Below, in pieces: positions 39,718-49,920 of a DNA stretch of 64,000 nt (the stretch's first letter is position 1; each line of letters opens with the position of its first letter). Source of the DNA: Longimicrobiales bacterium. Its GTDB lineage: Bacteria; Gemmatimonadota; Gemmatimonadetes; Longimicrobiales; Gaopeijiaceae. Location of the stretch: contig CBDCKN010000015.1 in the NCBI GenBank assembly GCA_965218295.1, positions 480,001 to 544,000 on the forward strand, given 5' to 3'. Under the pieces are notes generated by a model that was not told where the DNA came from, ran no database searches, and saw only the letters and a list, made by a program, of their open reading frames with translations. The position numbers were made by a program, and so were the translations under genes.

Positions 39718-41227
39718 GTGCCTCCGGCGCGGCAGGGGCTCGGCCCGTGCGGCGGTCGACTATCTCGTCGGCGAGCGGGACGCCGAGGGGCAGAGGCGCG
39801 AGGGCGTCGAAGTCCTGCGCGGGAACCCGGACATGGTGGCCGCCGTTGCCGACTCGCTGGAGTTCGAGCGCAAGTACACGTCGGTCGTGATCGCGTGGGC
39901 GCCGGACGACCAGCCGCCCGACGAGCAGATCGGAGCCGTCCTCGACGAGTTCGAGAAGACGGCGTGGGCCGGATTGGGGCCGGACCGCTACTCATGGACG
40001 GCGGTCCTGCACCGCGAGCGCGGGGGTGGCGTCCACGTGCACGTCCTCGCCGCGCAGTGCGACCTGGAGACGGGCCGCAGCCTGAACATCGCGCCGCCCG
40101 GCTGGCAGAGGACCTTCGACCCGCTGCGCGACGCCTTCAACCACGAGCACGGCTGGAGCCGCCCGGACGACCCGGCGCGGGCCAGGGCGCAGCAGCCGGG
40201 CCATCGCGCCTACATCGAGGCGTCGAAGCTGCGGGCCGGGCTTGCACACGAAGCCGACCCGCGCGAGTTGATCCGCGACTACCTGGTGCAGCGCGTCGAG
40301 CACGGCGCGGTGCAAAGCCGCGCCGACGTGGTCTCCGCCCTGGAGGACGTCGGCCTTGAAGTGCCGCGCCAGGGCAAGAGCTGTGTGACCGCCCGCGATC
40401 CGGACAGCGGAAAGCGGTGGCGGCTGAGAGGAGAACTGTATGAGTACGACTTCCGACCCGAACGTCTTGACTTCCCGGCTGCGCCAGCGGCTGGAGACCG
40501 ACCGCCGGCAGATCGAGGAGACGGCCGTGCGCGAGCTCGAGCGGCTTGGCGCGAGGTCGGGCGCCGTCGCAAGCGGCGCGCTGCGTTCCATCGAGGCCGA
40601 TACGGCGTCGGCGACCGCGCGGGTGAGCGTCCTACTGAGGCGCGCGTGGCTCCGGCCCCTGGTGGTCGGCCTGAGCCTTTTTCTCGGTATCAGCGGCGGC
40701 AGCTGGGCGACGATGCACTGGTTGTCGAGGAGCATCGAACGCCGGATCGAGACTTTGGCGGCGGTGAACGTGGAGATCGAGCAGGCGCGAGTGGTCCTGG
40801 CCGAGATCGAGGAGACGACCTGGGGCGTGACGCTGCGGGAGATCGACGGAGAGCGGTTCGTGGTGCTGCCGGCCGGCACGCTGGACCGTCCGCCCTGGAC
40901 CGTGGGCGAGCGGCCTGCCGTGAAGCTGTCGAGAGAGTGAAGGAGCTATATGACCGAGCTAGAACGGCAGTTGACGGCGGCCTTGGAGACGTTGTCCGCG
41001 CAGTACGGGACGGAACAGCGGCGGCACTGCGAGCAGGTCGAAGCCTTGCGGCAGCGGGTCGAGCGGCAGGCCGCGCAGAGCGAAACCTTGCAGGAGCAAG
41101 TCGAGCGGCTCACCGGGCAAATGACACGCTTGGCCCAGGACTACAGGACGCTCGCCGCGACGTTGCGCGCGCGCTGGAAGTGATGCGCCAGCGTGGACGA
41201 GAGCGCGACCATGGTCCGAGCCGCTGA
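39707..41227 (+). CDS. mobA: MOBP-family relaxase, MbeA/MobA-like
   Basis: GRGSARAAVDYL, EVLRGNP, KYTS.V, VLH..GGVHVHV, DLETGRSLNIAPPG. Confidence 0.9.
   Translation: MHIKCLRRGRGSARAAVDYLVGERDAEGQRREGVEVLRGNPDMVAAVADSLEFERKYTSVVIAWAPDDQPPDEQIGAVLDEFEKTAWAGLGPDRYSWTAVLHRERGGGVHVHVLAAQCDLETGRSLNIAPPGWQRTFDPLRDAFNHEHGWSRPDDPARARAQQPGHRAYIEASKLRAGLAHEADPRELIRDYLVQRVEHGAVQSRADVVSALEDVGLEVPRQGKSCVTARDPDSGKRWRLRGELYEYDFRPERLDFPAAPAAGDRPPADRGDGRARARAAWREVGRRRKRRAAFHRGRYGVGDRAGERPTEARVAPAPGGRPEPFSRYQRRQLGDDALVVEEHRTPDRDFGGGERGDRAGASGPGRDRGDDLGRDAAGDRRRAVRGAAGRHAGPSALDRGRAACREAVERVKELYDRARTAVDGGLGDVVRAVRDGTAAALRAGRSLAAAGRAAGRAERNLAGASRAAHRANDTLGPGLQDARRDVARALEVMRQRGRERDHGPSR
40440..40940 (+). CDS. MbeB/MobB-like protein nested in mobA (alternate frame)
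   Basis: GAGAGGAG RBS, coiled coil + TM, TWGVTL..DGERFVVLP.G. Confidence 0.75.
   Translation: MSTTSDPNVLTSRLRQRLETDRRQIEETAVRELERLGARSGAVASGALRSIEADTASATARVSVLLRRAWLRPLVVGLSLFLGISGGSWATMHWLSRSIERRIETLAAVNVEIEQARVVLAEIEETTWGVTLREIDGERFVVLPAGTLDRPPWTVGERPAVKLSRE
40950..41183 (+). CDS. MbeD/MobD-like protein nested in mobA
   Basis: AAGGAG RBS; MTELERQLTAALETL coiled coil. Confidence 0.8.
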   Translation: MTELERQLTAALETLSAQYGTEQRRHCEQVEALRQRVERQAAQSETLQEQVERLTGQMTRLAQDYRTLAATLRARWK

Positions 41228-41297
41228 TGGTCCCGGCTTAGGAATCGCCCGGCGCTCGAGGATCGGTGGAGGTCCTTCGGGCGGATGGGGTGCGGCC

Positions 41298-41690
41298 TAT
41301 GGTTCTGGAGTGTCATTGGCCAAGTACGCCGCCCAATCTCAGAAGCTCGAGCGAAAGCCGTGCCGGAACAGTCGCGATATCGAACTTCCGGAATCTCCGG
41401 TGCAGTTGCGTCTCATCGAGCCGCTTACTAACCCAATTGGGAAAGACGAATGGACTAGTGCCCTCCCACGAACGTCTGTGCCGCGTCGAGAATCTCCATC
41501 GCGCGGCCACACAGCCGCACTCGGTGCTCCCGGTTCGACTTCGTCCGCCTAGCCAGACCCGTCCAGACGCTCTGCTCCCGATCGATCTCAATCCACTCGG
41601 CCCACCGGACCTCGCCCCACCGCGCTCCCGTCAGCACTACGAACTCGAATGGCAGCCGGACGAGCGGTACTGCCGACGCCCGTTCCGTCG
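41298..41690 (-). pseudogene. Degenerate P4-like integrase fragment
   Basis: FEFVVLTGARWGEVR, REHRVRLCGRAMEILD, HGFRSSF*DWAAYLA with frameshifts. Confidence 0.8.
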
Positions 41691-41803
41691 GGATGGCTCC
41701 CCTCGGGGTGGCTACTTTGCCTGAGATTGACTATTCAAGGGAGTGGCCGACACGCGATGGATGACCACGGCCTACGTCGAGGCACGTCGAGCGTTCTGGT
41801 GCT

Positions 41804-43294
41804 ATGCGTCAGCACGGGGAATGCAGCCGTACAATCGTCGTCCGGAGAGTAAAACAGCCAATCGTCGGCAGCCCTCCTACGGGAAGAAATCGGCCCCATC
41901 TGATGCAGGCTGCCCCAATCGCAAGATATCCCACTCCGATGCATAACAAAATACCCCGTCCAGCAGAACTCGCGGAATTCAGGATGCTTTACCTGGCTTT
42001 TACGGAGATAATGCTAGATTTGACTAGCAAACGATATACGGCTGCCGACGCGAAACAATTGACTAGAAATATCGCAGCGCAAGAACCATTTATTCCTTCG
42101 CCTGATGATGACGACTTTCCGCATGAACTCGCGCAAAAGTGCGCGGATGTGTTTTGTTCCTTGGAACTCACCGATTTGAAGCTTTCGGACAACGCCGGAA
42201 CTCCAATCGAGAATCCGAGTGTCGAACAGCTTCGGCCGTTTATCATCCATATGGAACTCAATCGTCCGATACGGTACTTGGTACGGGAGTATGGCAAGAC
42301 ATCTTTTTCTAGAGACCAAATTTCAGTTTGTCTAAACAGATACATCGCCCATTGGACCGGCGAAACAGCGACCGATGCGGAATTCGCCCCGATATATAAC
42401 TTCGAGACCGATATTCGGGTCATCAAACTCAGTGACCTTGTTTCCATTGTGCACTTCACTGACGAAAATAAAAACAAGATTATGAGAACGCTCGGGCCGT
42501 TGGAACGGGCAATCGATACACGAAACTACGCTAGTGCCTCTCGGGTGGCGAGGCTGCGTCCGATTGAAGGCTTTTATGACAAAGAGACGAAGCGCGAAAT
42601 CCGGGAACACGCACGCAAGAACCTACAATGTGCTGTCACATCGCTGCGGCTCATGAAGCCGGAGGCAATCGGGACCATGGGATACATCAGATTCCGAGGG
42701 CTAGGAGGGGACCGTGGAGCCGGTGTTAGCCCGCAAGAAGAATTCGATCTGCCCTGGAACTGGTTTTCGAGTATTCGTGATAGATATGTACTTAATCGCT
42801 CAGATCTACCTAGATTCCGCAAGCTCTATAACATGCTGAGTAGAAGTGAATTTGAAACGTGGGATCGGCTGGCATTGCTGTTGCGTCAATTCAATCGCTC
42901 CTGCCAGAGGGAACGAGATGAAGATCGAATACTTGATTACGCGACTTGCCTTGAGAGCGCGTTGTTATCTGGCGTCAACACTGAATTATCGTACCGTCTT
43001 GCACTTCGTGCAGCGAAGCTTCTTCGAGACCAGCGCAATCCAGAGCAGACCTTCAAACATATACGATGTTTGTACAATGTCAGAAGCAGAATCGTTCATT
43101 CGAATGAATCATTCACCAATGCTATGGTAGATACGTATGCTAGGCGGGTTGGCCTCCGCCCACGCGAGTTCATGCGGTCGACGAACGCATTGATGCGTGA
43201 ACTGTTGTCTACGGTCATTGAGCATGTGTCCCAGGGGAAGGTTCTCGCAAAGCTATGCGAAGACCTGGACGATAAAATTGTGAAGTCCCTTTGA
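41804..43294 (+). CDS. HEPN (ApeA-like) domain protein (start possibly 41939)
   Basis: ILDYATCLESAL, ELSYRLALRAA, LYNVRSRIVHS; lower GC. Confidence 0.8.
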   Translation: MRQHGECSRTIVVRRVKQPIVGSPPTGRNRPHLMQAAPIARYPTPMHNKIPRPAELAEFRMLYLAFTEIMLDLTSKRYTAADAKQLTRNIAAQEPFIPSPDDDDFPHELAQKCADVFCSLELTDLKLSDNAGTPIENPSVEQLRPFIIHMELNRPIRYLVREYGKTSFSRDQISVCLNRYIAHWTGETATDAEFAPIYNFETDIRVIKLSDLVSIVHFTDENKNKIMRTLGPLERAIDTRNYASASRVARLRPIEGFYDKETKREIREHARKNLQCAVTSLRLMKPEAIGTMGYIRFRGLGGDRGAGVSPQEEFDLPWNWFSSIRDRYVLNRSDLPRFRKLYNMLSRSEFETWDRLALLLRQFNRSCQRERDEDRILDYATCLESALLSGVNTELSYRLALRAAKLLRDQRNPEQTFKHIRCLYNVRSRIVHSNESFTNAMVDTYARRVGLRPREFMRSTNALMRELLSTVIEHVSQGKVLAKLCEDLDDKIVKSL

Positions 43295-43956
43295 CTTGAC
43301 GGCGGGTGCAACGTCTTGATTGCTGAAACCAGAATGAAGCTCATGCATTGGAGTTTCCTATACCTACTGCACTTGGCCGCAGATCCGGACCGAGTTCGAA
43401 ACGATAGTGACGGCAAGGCACCCATGAACCCCACACCAACCACCCGACGAACGAACCCTGACTCTGTCGAGGCGTTCTTCAGCACTCAGATTTCGGTGTC
43501 CGATTGACGCCGCACGGTCCCACGACCGTGCGGTTCGCGCACGCATCTGCTCGATGGCACGGTGGTCGCCAACCCCGGCGGGAGCACCGTCGCCACCCCG
43601 GCGTCGTCATTGCCCGTCCGACAAGGTGCTATCTAGGTATGCCTATATCGCCCTTCCACATGGCGGTGGACCCGGAGTCGAGTAGATTTCCGCGCAGTGG
43701 ACCAAGCGTAACCGCGTCCACCAGACCTCCTGTAAGCCGGACTGAAACTGCCACCGTCACGGAAGTACTGATTAGGAGAGAGAGGGTCAGTCGCTGGATG
43801 GTGAGCCGTATCGTCTGCCGGCTCGTGGCGGCCCACGCTCTCCACGCTACCAACCTCCGGAGCCGGTCATCTACTAATGAAATTTCCCAGCGACATCTCC
43901 ACATCTAGCAGTCTAAGAACCGCTTCTGCATATTGATGACATGAGGAAGACCTCCA

Positions 43957-45273
43957 GTGCGATCTCTCTTGTATGCTGGTCCTTTGACCCAAGTTAAACC
44001 CGCCTTGAAGACAATAAAGTTTTCTAAATTAATTGAAGTCTTTCGGGAAATCTGTGAATTGTCTTCTATACAGAGGTCAAAGCAATCATGGAAATACGAT
44101 TTTGACCTGTCCTTGACTTTTCTTGAATCACGTTCACTAGACAAGCACATTACTTTTGCTTCTCGTAACTTCAAGACGCTGCCTTTGAATAGCGAAAGGC
44201 ATCTGTACGAAATGAATGACATTGTCATTCGAAATCTCCAAATCAATCTCGACGATCAAAAGGGATTGACTATCCATGATGACTGGCACCCGCTCTCCTT
44301 CGCAAAGTGGCATTTTGAAAATTGCCACTTTGCATCTTCATCCGTGAATATGTGGCACATCGGCTTTCCTTGGCGTGGCTCCTTCCGGTTTTACAAGAAC
44401 GACTTTGATTTTCCATTACGACATCCTGGAGGTCGTTGGTCGTTTGGTTTTGCGGAGGGAAGCAAAATCTTGTTTCAAGGGAACGATTTCAAGCGAAATA
44501 ATGCCCAGATTGGCTTCACGACTTCCGGGACAGATCGAGACGCAACTGATAGGGAACATTCTACCCGGCATAGACTAGGAAATTTGTCACTTGTGGGAAA
44601 CAAGGGAATACAGGAGTTGCTAGTACTGGAAGGTTGCCCATCCGTATTGTTTTCTGGAATGAATCGTATAGAGAAATTGTCTTTATCACAATTGTCGGAG
44701 GGAGGACAGATACGGAATGTAACGGTATATTTTGGGCCGCGTGAAAAGATAGATTCGCAATTTCACTACTGTATGCATCACAGACGTCTGTTTATGTCCG
44801 TGAAGGATCTGGCAGCAATGAACCACGACACACGCCAAGAAAACGTATTGGATAAACAGCTAGAACGCATCGAGTATTTTTTTAATAAGGAACAAGATAC
44901 TCCGTCGCCGGCGGATTATCGTATTTCGATCGAGTACTGGCAGGACAGAGTGTTGTACGCGTGGAGGCGGTGGTCATCAGATTTCTACAGATCCTGGTTG
45001 CGCCCCCTAAGCATGATTGTACTAGGCTATATGCTGTTGAATGCGATACCAGTGTTGTTTATTGATACTTTTTCTCTCTCCCAGTGGATCGAGCTTACTC
45101 TTCGTCCGATAAGCGACATCGCCAGATATGAGGAGAAAGTGAGTCAGATACTTTCGAGTGACTATGCCATGGTTTCTGTATCAGAGCGGAATATATTGAG
45201 ACTTGTTGGCTTGATCGAAGTGATTTGGATTGCTATGTGGAGTTTTGCTTTCGCGAAGGCCATAAGGAAATAG
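43957..45273 (+). CDS. Low-GC hypothetical protein with C-terminal TM segments (start possibly 44212)
   Basis: Long ORF; SDFYRSWLRPL followed by hydrophobic helices. Confidence 0.65.
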   Translation: MRSLLYAGPLTQVKPALKTIKFSKLIEVFREICELSSIQRSKQSWKYDFDLSLTFLESRSLDKHITFASRNFKTLPLNSERHLYEMNDIVIRNLQINLDDQKGLTIHDDWHPLSFAKWHFENCHFASSSVNMWHIGFPWRGSFRFYKNDFDFPLRHPGGRWSFGFAEGSKILFQGNDFKRNNAQIGFTTSGTDRDATDREHSTRHRLGNLSLVGNKGIQELLVLEGCPSVLFSGMNRIEKLSLSQLSEGGQIRNVTVYFGPREKIDSQFHYCMHHRRLFMSVKDLAAMNHDTRQENVLDKQLERIEYFFNKEQDTPSPADYRISIEYWQDRVLYAWRRWSSDFYRSWLRPLSMIVLGYMLLNAIPVLFIDTFSLSQWIELTLRPISDIARYEEKVSQILSSDYAMVSVSERNILRLVGLIEVIWIAMWSFAFAKAIRK

Positions 45274-45407
45274 GGCGACATACGGAGCGAATATGTAATC
45301 ACCCACTGAATCCTGTGTCGAGACGCTTGTGTAGTGAGTGTGATAGATAACAGACTGGAGGATCATTCACAGCCGTAGGCAGTCGATCACTCACGACTGC
45401 CGCCGGC

Positions 45408-46638
45408 TGTACAGAGATGGTAATGACCTGACAGTTGGCCCTCGCCGGAGCTGTGTCTAGGCTGCCTTCGTCTTAGCCTCCTCCTTCCTGGCCTTTGCGG
45501 CCTTCCTGGCGTCGGTGAGACCGGCCTTGAAGACCTGATAGGGCGTGCGGCCCTCCATGGCTCGACCGCGGTGCGGCCGCTTCCGGTTGTAGGTCTCCAG
45601 ATACGCCTCGAGGTCCTGCTGCATCTCCTCGACGGTCTCGTACCAGGTGGTGCGGCCCTTCACCCTCAAGTGCTCGTCGAGGAGCGTGCGGTGGAAGCGC
45701 TCGATGAAGCCGTTGGACTGGGGCCTGCCCACCTTCGTCGTGCGGTGCTCGATGTCCTCGAGCTGAAGGAACAGCTCATATGGGTGACGGTCCGGACGGC
45801 CGCAGAACTCGCGGCCGTTGTCGCTGAGCACGGTCTTCACCCGGACCCGGTGCTCATCGAAGAACGGCAACACGTCGTTATTCATCACCTGCACCGCCGT
45901 GAGCGGGAGCTTGCTCGTGTAGAGCCGGCCCCAGGCGTAGCGGCTGAAGCAATCGAGCACGGTCTGCAGGTACACCTTGCCGACCCCCTTCAGCGTTCCG
46001 ACGAAGAACGTGTCCACGGCGACGAGGTCGCCCGGGTAATGGACTTCGATGTGGCGCTCCCGGAACTCGGGACTGAAGCGCTCCAGCAGCTCGATCTGCT
46101 CGTCGGTCAGCTTCAGCTTCCGTTCCCTGGCCGTCTCTTCGAGCCTGAGCAGCCGTTCGTGCTTCGTGGTGAGGCCATGCCGGCTCCACACGCCCCGTAC
46201 GCCTCCTGAGCTCACCTGGATCCCTCCGAGCAGCAACTCGTCCGCGACCCGCTGAGCTCCGTGCGTCGGAGCCTCCAAGGCGTGGGCCAAGACCGCCTGC
46301 TCAATCTCTTCACTCACCCGGTTCGGGTGCGGTCCCTTCGGCCCCGGAAGCTGGTCGATCAGCCCCTCGGCCCCGTAAAGCTGGAAGTTCCTCCTGATCT
46401 CGTAGAACTGCTGCCGGCTGTAGCCCACGATCTTGCACGCCTTGCTCACGTTGCCGAGCTCCTGGGCCAACTGTAGCAGGCTCAGCTTGCGGCGCGCTAT
46501 CTTCTCCCCCTGGACGGTGGTCATCTTCTCTCCCGTGCTAAGTGAGTGACTTCGACATCTCTCAATTAGCTCCGGCGAGGGCGGCTGGCCACCGTCCTCT
46601 CTCGTGGTCAACTGTCAGGTGAATACCGTCTCAGCACA
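45408..46638 (-). mobile_element. IS481-family element, copy 2
   Basis: Matches 8346-9576; 7-bp TSD CGCCGGC. Confidence 0.95.
45457..46611 (-). CDS. IS481-family transposase
   Basis: Identical protein to 8373..9527. Confidence 0.93.
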   Translation of the reverse strand: MTTREDGGQPPSPELIERCRSHSLSTGEKMTTVQGEKIARRKLSLLQLAQELGNVSKACKIVGYSRQQFYEIRRNFQLYGAEGLIDQLPGPKGPHPNRVSEEIEQAVLAHALEAPTHGAQRVADELLLGGIQVSSGGVRGVWSRHGLTTKHERLLRLEETARERKLKLTDEQIELLERFSPEFRERHIEVHYPGDLVAVDTFFVGTLKGVGKVYLQTVLDCFSRYAWGRLYTSKLPLTAVQVMNNDVLPFFDEHRVRVKTVLSDNGREFCGRPDRHPYELFLQLEDIEHRTTKVGRPQSNGFIERFHRTLLDEHLRVKGRTTWYETVEEMQQDLEAYLETYNRKRPHRGRAMEGRTPYQVFKAGLTDARKAAKARKEEAKTKAA

Positions 46639-47848
46639 CGCCGGCGAGGTACGCGGCCCAGTCGTCCATGAGCCGGCGCCGGCGCTCGAACAGATCCGTG
46701 CGCCGGTAGGCCGCCTCGACCGGGTTTCGGACCTTGTGTGCCAGCGCCGCCTCCACGACCTCGCGGGGATGATCCGTATCTTCGGCCGCCCAGTCCCGGA
46801 AACTCGACCGGAACCCGTGCGGCACAGCCGCGATCTTTAACTCCCTGAGCAGTTCCGACAGCGCCGTGGTCGCAATGGGGTTTCTGCGCAGGCCTGGAAA
46901 CACGAGCGGGCTGCCGCGATCGAGCACCCGCGCCTCCTCGAGGATCTCCAGCGCACGCCGGCACAGCGGGACCCGGTGCTCGCGCGCCGCCTTCGTGCGT
47001 CGGGCCGGGATGATCCACGCACCCTCGCCCCGGTCGATCTCCGTCCAGAGCGCCCCACGCACCTCGCCGGAGCGTGTCGCCGTCAGCACCAGAAACTCGA
47101 ATGCCAGCTTCACGACCGGCCGCGCGTTCGACCTCCGCACCGTCTCGATCGCCGCCGACACCTGGCCGTGCGGCAACGCCCGCATGTGTCGAACGACGCC
47201 CCCCTGCGAACCGAGCACCGGGCCGATCCGGTCGCACGGGTTGTCGGGCCTGAGACCCATCGCCACCGCCCACTCCATGACCGCGCGGATGCGCTGGCGC
47301 AACTTCCGGGCCGTGGGCGGCATGTCGTGCCAGATCGGAGCGAGGATCCCGATCACGTCGGCGCTCGTCACCTCCGAAATCGGCATCTTCCCGATGCGAG
47401 GAACAGCGTAGCGCTCCAGGCTGCTCAACCAGAGCTGCGCATGCTGGGGGGAGCGCCAGCCCGGCCGCAGCTGCTTCCAGACCTGCCGGGTCGCGTCCGC
47501 GAAGGTGGGCGTCGACTCGACCCGCTGCTTCTCCGACAGGGGATCGCCTCCCTCGCGGGCGAGCTTCCGGTTGGCGAACGCCTGCTCTCGGGCTTCCTTC
47601 AGCGAGACCAGGGGGAATCCGCCGAGCCCGAGCTCGGTTCGGCGGCCGCGGATCGTGAGGCGCTGGATCCAGCCCCGGCTGCCCGAGGGCCGCACATCGA
47701 GATAGAGGCCCTGGCCGTCACAATAGCGTCCGGCCTGGCTCACGTTGCGCACGAAGGCAGGCGTCAGGGCGTTGTTGGGATGCCGGCTGCGCGGCTTGCG
47801 TTGCGGGGGTCGTGTGGGGAGTGTTATACATACCAATATATCCACCAC
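46631..47848 (-). CDS. P4-like tyrosine integrase; last codons displaced by IS481
   Basis: DGQGLYL, TATRSGE, HGFRSSFRDW, LAH, AAYRRTDL; original tail GSRE* lies at 45387-45407. Confidence 0.93.
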   Translation of the reverse strand: MVDILVCITLPTRPPQRKPRSRHPNNALTPAFVRNVSQAGRYCDGQGLYLDVRPSGSRGWIQRLTIRGRRTELGLGGFPLVSLKEAREQAFANRKLAREGGDPLSEKQRVESTPTFADATRQVWKQLRPGWRSPQHAQLWLSSLERYAVPRIGKMPISEVTSADVIGILAPIWHDMPPTARKLRQRIRAVMEWAVAMGLRPDNPCDRIGPVLGSQGGVVRHMRALPHGQVSAAIETVRRSNARPVVKLAFEFLVLTATRSGEVRGALWTEIDRGEGAWIIPARRTKAAREHRVPLCRRALEILEEARVLDRGSPLVFPGLRRNPIATTALSELLRELKIAAVPHGFRSSFRDWAAEDTDHPREVVEAALAHKVRNPVEAAYRRTDLFERRRRLMDDWAAYLAGVC

Positions 47849-48013
47849 AGATTAGCGGATGCAAGGGGTCGAAGCGGATCGGTATGGGACAGGAGAGATC
47901 CTTATACATCGTGATAAGTCAATATAAACAAGTCAGTTATATGCGTTATGGGACTTTGCTGGACGAGATGGCTATTCTCAACATGGCTGCCCTACGGGAA
48001 GGTTGTCAGAGCG

Positions 48014-48556
48014 ATGCTGAGGCCGGCGACGCTCGTCCTCATGGGCCTCGCTTCGGCGGCCGCGATCGCCCACGCCTTCTGGGCGCCGTTTCCCGCCAGC
48101 GGCGGTAATCCCGTGCTGGACCTCATCGCCTACCACGATCCGGGCTTCCACACCGTGATCCGCATCTGGTACTACGCAGCGCCCGCCATCGCCGTCGTGC
48201 TCTTCGGCAGCCTCGGCCTCTCGGTCTGGAGAGTCTGGCTCCAGCCGCGAGCGGGGGGCGGCGGCAGGGGCAAGCTGCCTGCTTGGCCCGCCTCGCCCGA
48301 GGACGAGGCGCCCTCGCTCGTGATCGGCGAGCTGCACCACCCGACCGTTCCGTGCGAGAGCGAGCGGCCCTCCTGGCTCGTCGTTCCCGAGACGGGGCTC
48401 TACACCGGCGTCCTGATCGTCGGCGCCGTCGGCTCCGGCAAGACCTCGGCCTGCATGTATCCGTTCGCCCAGCAGCTCCTCTCCTGGCAGGCCGACCGGC
48501 CGGGGTGCCGGGCCAGCGCCCTGGTGCTAGAGGTCAAGGGCGACTTCTGCCACAAG
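48014..48556 (+). pseudogene. Truncated VirD4/TraD-like coupling protein
   Basis: Two TMs, IVGAVGSGKTS Walker A, LVLEVKGDFCH, then abrupt switch to AT-richer integrase-upstream sequence. Confidence 0.8.
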
Positions 48557-48735
48557 TACGTCACTATGATCGCGACCATCGTCCCATGCGGTCCCATAGT
48601 GGTCCGTAAAGCGTGTTATTACAATGTGATACGGCGTATCCTGGCCGTGTTTACAGGCTCCCTCTTGTGCCGCTACGTACCGTATTGTACCATTGTGTAT
48701 CCGTCGATATGTGATACACAGGTAGGATACACCAC

Positions 48736-49920
48736 ATGCGCAAACGACCCCTTACGGCCGCCTTCGTGGCGCGGGTGAAGACGCCGGGACGCTACGGCGA
48801 CGGCGGGATCGGCGGGCTCGGCCTGTACCTCCGCGTCCACCGGATGAAGTCCGGGCGCGTCTCCAAGTCTTGGGGCCAGCGCATTCGAGTGGCGGGGAAG
48901 CCCACCAATCTCGGACTGGGCTCGTACCCGGTCGTGACGCTCAGGGAGGCGAGGGAGAAGGCGCTGGAGTACAGGCGGGCGGTCCATTGGGGCCACGACC
49001 CGAGAGACGCGGGGGTTCCCACGTTCGAGGCGGCCGTCGAGAAGGTGATCGCGATCCACTCGCCGACCTGGAAGAACCCATCCCGCATGGCCGGGCAGTG
49101 GCGGCAGACGCTGCGGGACTACGCACATCCGCGCATCGGCCGGAAGCGCGTGAGCGAGGTCGCGACGGCCGACGTGCTCGCCATCCTCAAGCCCATCTGG
49201 TCGAGCAAGCCCGCGACCGCGAGGGCCGTGCACCAGCGGATCGGCGCGGTGATGAAGTGGACCGTCGCGAAGGGCTACCGGCCGGACAACCCGGCGGGGG
49301 ACGCCATCGCCGCCGCGCTGCCGCGTAACGGCAACGCCATCCGGCATCACAAGGCGCTCCCGCACGGCGAGGTGGCGGCGGCTCTGGCCAAGGTCCGCGA
49401 CTCGGAGTCCCATGCCGGTGTCCGGCTGGCGCTCGAGTTCATGGTCCTGACCGCGACACGCTCGAACGAGGTCCGGGGCGCGGCGTGCGACGAGGTCGAG
49501 CACGATGTCTGGACCATTCCCGCCGACCGCATGAAGGCGAAGCGCGAGCACCGGGTTCCCCTGTCGGGGTGGGCCTTGGAGATCCTCGAGGAAGCCCGGA
49601 AGCTCCACGGCGGCGGCGGGATCGTGTTCCGGGGCGCGAAGGGAGGAAGGATCCACGCCTCCATGTTCAGCAAGTCGCTCCGGCGTCTCGGCATCGCAGG
49701 AACGCCCCACGGGATGAGGTCCTCGTTCCGCGACTGGTGCTCGGAGACGGGCGTGGCGCGCGAGGTGGCGGAGGCGGCGCTCGCACACAAGGTCCGCAGT
49801 CAGGCCGAGGCCGCCTACGCCCGCTCGGACCTGCTGGACCGGAGGCGCGAGGTCATGCAGGCCTGGGCCGCGTATCTCGCTGGCAAGCGTCGAGACCCGG
49901 AGGCCGAACCGATCCGCTGA
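48736..49920 (+). CDS. P4-like tyrosine integrase
   Basis: PGRYGDG..GLYL, TATRSNE, HGMRSSFRDW, LAH, AAYARSDL. Confidence 0.95.
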   Translation: MRKRPLTAAFVARVKTPGRYGDGGIGGLGLYLRVHRMKSGRVSKSWGQRIRVAGKPTNLGLGSYPVVTLREAREKALEYRRAVHWGHDPRDAGVPTFEAAVEKVIAIHSPTWKNPSRMAGQWRQTLRDYAHPRIGRKRVSEVATADVLAILKPIWSSKPATARAVHQRIGAVMKWTVAKGYRPDNPAGDAIAAALPRNGNAIRHHKALPHGEVAAALAKVRDSESHAGVRLALEFMVLTATRSNEVRGAACDEVEHDVWTIPADRMKAKREHRVPLSGWALEILEEARKLHGGGGIVFRGAKGGRIHASMFSKSLRRLGIAGTPHGMRSSFRDWCSETGVAREVAEAALAHKVRSQAEAAYARSDLLDRRREVMQAWAAYLAGKRRDPEAEPIR

